Shown: positions 55,719 through 59,021 of the stretch, piece after piece
Layout of the letters: each line of letters begins with the position of its first letter
Numbering within the stretch: position 1 is the first letter of the stretch
Translations under genes and position numbers: made by a program
Notes under the pieces: generated by a model
Seen by the model: the letters and a program-made list of their open reading frames with translations, nothing else
Database searches by the model: none
What the model was told of the DNA's origin: nothing
IMG/VR virus record: IMGVR_UViG_3300006329_000017
Span: 1 to 59,021 of that record
DNA: 59,021 nt
Origin: a virus
Lineage: Duplodnaviria; Caudoviricetes
Direction: 5' to 3' (one strand)

Positions 55719-57388
55719 GAGAGGTATTCCCACATATAAGATCTATTTCCATACTCATCCATGACACCACCAGTGTTGTCTGTCTGCCATACATCACCAT
55801 CAACAACCTCTATCTCCTCACCTAGACCATCATCAACAAATCCAAAGGGTGCCATGTCTTGTTCTATACCTTCCCTTTGCTCTTTATACATTCTTGCTCT
55901 TACATCGGAGTCGTGAAGTTCTTTAAAATAATCGGAAGTTGCGAGCCAACTAAAAATAACCAAGCACATAGCAAGATCATCATTGCAACCGTCCTCTGCT
56001 TCCCATGCTTGTCCTTTTTGGATGAAGGTTGTGAGTTCTGAGATGATGTCATAGTCGTTTAGTAATAATTTGTCGTCTTCTAGTAACTGTTTTAGGTTAG
56101 AACACCCTTGTTTCTTGACAGTAGTAGACATTTTTACACCTAATTGTACTTTTGTACCACTAAATCCCTGTCCAATGACCTGTCCCGCCCTACCACGCAT
56201 AGCAGACATTAATAGATTATCATATTCTAGGTCAAATTGTAAAATATCTCCTATTTGTGCACCAATATCGTTAACTTCTACCAATACATACGCATGATTG
56301 TATGCACATGCCACTTGATGTATGATATTTGGGAATAATAATGGTTTAATTGTGTTATTTCTATACTTTGCTACCAACTGATAGGGTATTGTTGACGTAT
56401 CTATCACTGTAAATGCACTATAATCCTTAGTTACACCCCTTGCAACGTCCACAGTGATAGTATATTGGTGTCCTTCCTCTGGTTTTATATAAACATCCAA
56501 CCCCTGATTGCTTGTTAGTGGATCTTCATAGGTCATAGTCCTCAATTTAGACGCTGAAATCAATGTATCAACAGATCCTAGGAACTCACACTCAAACTCA
56601 ACTCGAAATTGTTCTTCCGAAGTGTTGGCTATGGTCTGTTCTTTCCATACATCGTCTCTACCAGGCACCTGAGACCAGTGAACCTCCGTAGTTGTGTACT
56701 CGTTCTTACCTCTCTCGGCATCATGCCAGAGTTTGTAGAACATATTCATCCCGTGAGGGGTAGAAATGATAATAACTTTTGTTGATTTACCAGAAGATAT
56801 AGTAGGATACACAGAACTGAAAAACTGGTCAGCAATATGATTCGGAATGAATGCGAATTCGTCCAGAAATATAACGTTAAAGGACATACCCCGAACAGCA
56901 CTAGCAGAAGTAGAAGCAGCGAGGATTTTACTTCCGTTTTCCAATTCGAGTGACCCTTTGTTCCATCCGACAATACCCTGTTGCATCCATTTTGGGAGAT
57001 TCTCATAAGAAAGTTGTAAGCGACCCAACATTTCTCTTGCAGTGGCTGCTTTGTTTGCGAGGATTGCGACATTTACATTATCATTAAAGAGTACATACCA
57101 CAACAAATAGGAAGTAACGATAGTTGACTTCCCTGACTGTCTTGGCAACTTTGCTATATTAAATCTATCTTCATCAAACTTCCTAACCATGTCAACCTGA
57201 AAGTCATACATGTCAAAAGGTACTAGACCTTTGTCTAGTGATACAATCTTGATGTATTTCTGGATGAAATGTACAGGATCTTGGCTACACTTAATAAACT
57301 CCTTCACCTGTTTAGGTGAGAAGTTCGTAGGTACATTCGCCTTTTTAAGGTTCGGGTTACCTAAGTATATGTCCTGTGTTACTGCCAC
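55715..57388 (-). CDS. gp17: Terminase large subunit
   Basis: YLGNPNLKK, PRQSGKST, LDEFAF, ISTPHG, DVARG, DDLAM. Confidence 0.98.
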   Translation of the reverse strand: MAVTQDIYLGNPNLKKANVPTNFSPKQVKEFIKCSQDPVHFIQKYIKIVSLDKGLVPFDMYDFQVDMVRKFDEDRFNIAKLPRQSGKSTIVTSYLLWYVLFNDNVNVAILANKAATAREMLGRLQLSYENLPKWMQQGIVGWNKGSLELENGSKILAASTSASAVRGMSFNVIFLDEFAFIPNHIADQFFSSVYPTISSGKSTKVIIISTPHGMNMFYKLWHDAERGKNEYTTTEVHWSQVPGRDDVWKEQTIANTSEEQFRVEFECEFLGSVDTLISASKLRTMTYEDPLTSNQGLDVYIKPEEGHQYTITVDVARGVTKDYSAFTVIDTSTIPYQLVAKYRNNTIKPLLFPNIIHQVACAYNHAYVLVEVNDIGAQIGDILQFDLEYDNLLMSAMRGRAGQVIGQGFSGTKVQLGVKMSTTVKKQGCSNLKQLLEDDKLLLNDYDIISELTTFIQKGQAWEAEDGCNDDLAMCLVIFSWLATSDYFKELHDSDVRARMYKEQREGIEQDMAPFGFVDDGLGEEIEVVDGDVWQTDNTGGVMDEYGNRSYMWEYLS

Positions 57389-57859
57389 TTAACCTTCTTG
57401 TAAAGTACCTTGACTCCTACGGATCTCTCTTAGTTCCTCGAAGTTCTTTTTCTTTGTACCTCCGTCATATTCCCACGCATACCCTTCCTTAATCATCTGT
57501 TCGTTGAGTGATATATCATCTTCGCCAACGTATAACCAACCAAGAAGCCTACCATACTTACCCATGCCACCTTTAAGTTCAGTTCTGATAGTAAGTTCAT
57601 TGTCTCCTTTGATTGTATCTTCTAACGTTCCTTTGAGCCAATTAGTTGCATCTATTCCCAGTGCCTTCTCTTCCAAGTCTCTTGTTCTTTTTTCTGGCGT
57701 ATCAATTCCTGCAACTCTAACTCTTTCTTTCTTGTATAAGTCAAACCCAAGATCAATGGTGACATCAATAGTATCGCCGTCAACAACACGGTTAATCTTC
57801 GTTACTCGAAAGTTGTAACAACTCTTCCGACTCGGTGGGGTCATTGCTCCCATTTTCAT
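57389..57859 (-). CDS. Staphylococcal-nuclease (thermonuclease) family protein
   Basis: VVDGDT, RVAGIDTPE, GKYGRLLG, NEQMIKEGYA; GATAAATA at 57875-57882. Confidence 0.92.
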   Translation of the reverse strand: MKMGAMTPPSRKSCYNFRVTKINRVVDGDTIDVTIDLGFDLYKKERVRVAGIDTPEKRTRDLEEKALGIDATNWLKGTLEDTIKGDNELTIRTELKGGMGKYGRLLGWLYVGEDDISLNEQMIKEGYAWEYDGGTKKKNFEELREIRRSQGTLQEG

Positions 57860-58346
57860 ACTCCATAAGTGTATTATTTATCATATCCTCTATTGGAGTT
57901 CTTTTAATTCTAGATTCATGGTCTCTCATTTTCTGTATCCACTCGTTTGTAGGAAATGAATGACCCATGTGTGCTATATCAAACGGATCATCATCTCTTG
58001 AATCATATAATGTAAGTGTATGAGTAAAAGCATCTGGAATCTCTTCATCAAATGATTCATCTGTTATTCCTTTAGGTTCTTCCAATATTACAGTATCCCA
58101 AGGTGGACAATAGGTAGGTTCACCATCTAAACGAGGACTACATGCTTCTGCCTTTGGTGCAAAGTATCCTGCTCCAATAACAGCAAGTGCTATAGATCCC
58201 AAGAGACCTATAGCAGCAACTACTTTCTCATTTGCACGAACTCTTCCAGTAAGTTCTTTTTGTTTTTCTAATAAGGCATCAACCTTCGTGTGCAACACTG
58301 CTATGTGTGCGTCCACTTTCAGATCCTTCAATGTTTTCTTCGTCAT
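57792..58346 (-). CDS. Coiled-coil plus TM hypothetical protein
   Basis: Likely start MTKKTLKDL; VVAAIGLLGSIALAVIGAGYF. Confidence 0.65.
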   Translation of the reverse strand: MTKKTLKDLKVDAHIAVLHTKVDALLEKQKELTGRVRANEKVVAAIGLLGSIALAVIGAGYFAPKAEACSPRLDGEPTYCPPWDTVILEEPKGITDESFDEEIPDAFTHTLTLYDSRDDDPFDIAHMGHSFPTNEWIQKMRDHESRIKRTPIEDMINNTLMEYENGSNDPTESEELLQLSSNED

Positions 58347-58443
58347 TAGGATACCATGTATCATACATGAATATGTAGTAAATTGCAATTCCCACTGCAA
58401 CGAGAAGGATAGCAATCATTATATTAACTGAATGTACAACCAT
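58279..58443 (-). CDS. 54-aa single-TM protein (below track cutoff)
   Basis: MVVHSVNIMIAILLVAVGIAIYYIFMYDTWYPND...; TAATG coupling. Confidence 0.6.
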   Translation of the reverse strand: MVVHSVNIMIAILLVAVGIAIYYIFMYDTWYPNDEENIEGSESGRTHSSVAHEG

Positions 58444-58556
58444 TAGACGTATGCTTCAGCAGCAAGTCTAAATGCTAATCCTAGAGAAACTCCCATCACT
58501 GTGAGTCTACTCATCCACCACATTATCTCATGCTTATGCTTCGTAATACGACTCAT
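58443..58556 (-). CDS. 37-aa single-TM protein (below track cutoff)
   Basis: MSRITKHKHEIMWWMSRLTVMGVSLGLAFRLAAEAYV; ATGA overlap. Confidence 0.6.
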   Translation of the reverse strand: MSRITKHKHEIMWWMSRLTVMGVSLGLAFRLAAEAYV

Positions 58557-58735
58557 AGCTCCATACCCATGGTACAGTAATCAATAAAATGAGGATGCTC
58601 CCTTAGACCAGGGACATCCTCTTTTGAATGTTGTATTGCTTCATATGCATCTTCTGCATACTCACATATCTCATAATGATTTTTTTGTAAGTCGTGATAA
58701 CCGACTGTGTAATGTCTCTGTTGAGTCAGGGGCAT
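58553..58735 (-). CDS. Conserved picocyanobacterial/cyanophage small protein
   Basis: HYTVGYHD...EICEYAEDAYEAI...EHPH; TATAAATA at 58761-58768. Confidence 0.75.
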   Translation of the reverse strand: MPLTQQRHYTVGYHDLQKNHYEICEYAEDAYEAIQHSKEDVPGLREHPHFIDYCTMGMEL

Positions 58736-58817
58736 GATTGTTTCAATCCCGTACTGCATATATTTATAGCACAGATTGAGTAATTTTGCTTAGTTCAGTG
58801 TGGACTCACTGACACTG

Positions 58818-59021
58818 TTAGAGAACCTGGATAACTCCATAGCAATCTGGGATCTCATGACATAACTTAGATTCTATACCTTGCTTTAATGTCATAGCAC
58901 TCATAGCACATGTAGAACATGCACCACCTAGTCTTACCTTAACGAACGCACCCTCATCCATATAATCTATCTCAACAAACTCTAACCACCCACCATCTGC
59001 TTCAATGTAGGGTAGTAGTTC
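58818..59021 (-). CDS. nfuA: NifU C-terminal (Nfu) Fe-S carrier domain, 5' end outside the window
   Basis: LPYIEADGG.LE...VRLGGACSTCAMSAMTLKQGIE. Confidence 0.88.
   Translation of the reverse strand, partial: ELLPYIEADGGWLEFVEIDYMDEGAFVKVRLGGACSTCAMSAMTLKQGIESKLCHEIPDCYGVIQVL

Noticed and set aside
2999-57072. Same-strand alternative-frame ORFs inside core genes (e.g. 3971-4444, 15935-16210, 56746-57072)
   Set aside because: Leu/Ser-rich off-frame by-products of codon bias with no independent signals.
803-57388. Introns, inteins or homing endonucleases in nrdA, nrdB, g43, g41, g20 or g17
   Set aside because: All are uninterrupted and of normal length; no splice motifs or LAGLIDADG/GIY-YIG/HNH insertions seen.
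1184-57818. Numerous + strand ORFs in the track (e.g. 1184-1636, 11804-12463, 19175-19672, 25755-26246, 50335-50742)
   Set aside because: Antisense shadows of well-supported minus-strand genes; no RBS, motifs or operon logic.
58769-58817. GTCCAC-containing element as a third copy of the early operator
   Set aside because: No ACT-N6-AGT palindrome, spacing is 31 rather than 29, and it precedes a late TATAAATA box.
1-59021. CRISPR arrays, tRNA genes, rRNA, IS elements, integrase
   Set aside because: No regularly spaced repeats, cloverleaf with T-loop consensus, or transposase/recombinase motifs were seen.

Overview
A 59-kb segment of a T4-like marine cyanomyovirus genome (AT-rich; ho1, psbN, def, mazG, hsp20 and cobS-type auxiliary genes point to a Prochlorococcus/Synechococcus host). 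Almost all genes run on the minus strand. From right to left the window holds: a variable island (nfu, SNase), the g17-g23 packaging, tail and head genes, g3/uvsY/uvsW/g55/g47/g46, an AAA+/VWA pair, the replication module (g45, g44, g62, regA, g43, uvsX, g41) with two DNA methyltransferases, three 2OG-Fe(II) oxygenases and a carbamoyltransferase interleaved, a late envelope-protein cluster partly on the + strand, a late cassette of putative internal-head proteins, g61, nrdA-ho1-nrdB, and a terminal RNA-regulatory block. The best leads are: (1) a tandem glutamine-type riboswitch whose second aptamer carries a 53-codon ORF inside its P2 loop; (2) a small late protein that copies the cleavage site and N-arm of this phage's own major capsid protein (25/32 aa identical); (3) a restriction-endonuclease-like gene in a genome where I saw no CCGG or GCGC sites in the ~8-9 kb read by eye; (4) a candidate trans-envelope or lysis module; (5) a KxDG ligase-like gene paired with an HxGH nucleotidyltransferase that has a capsid-targeting signal; (6) a ROSE-like RNA thermometer on hsp20. 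All family calls come from motif recognition by eye; no database searches were run.
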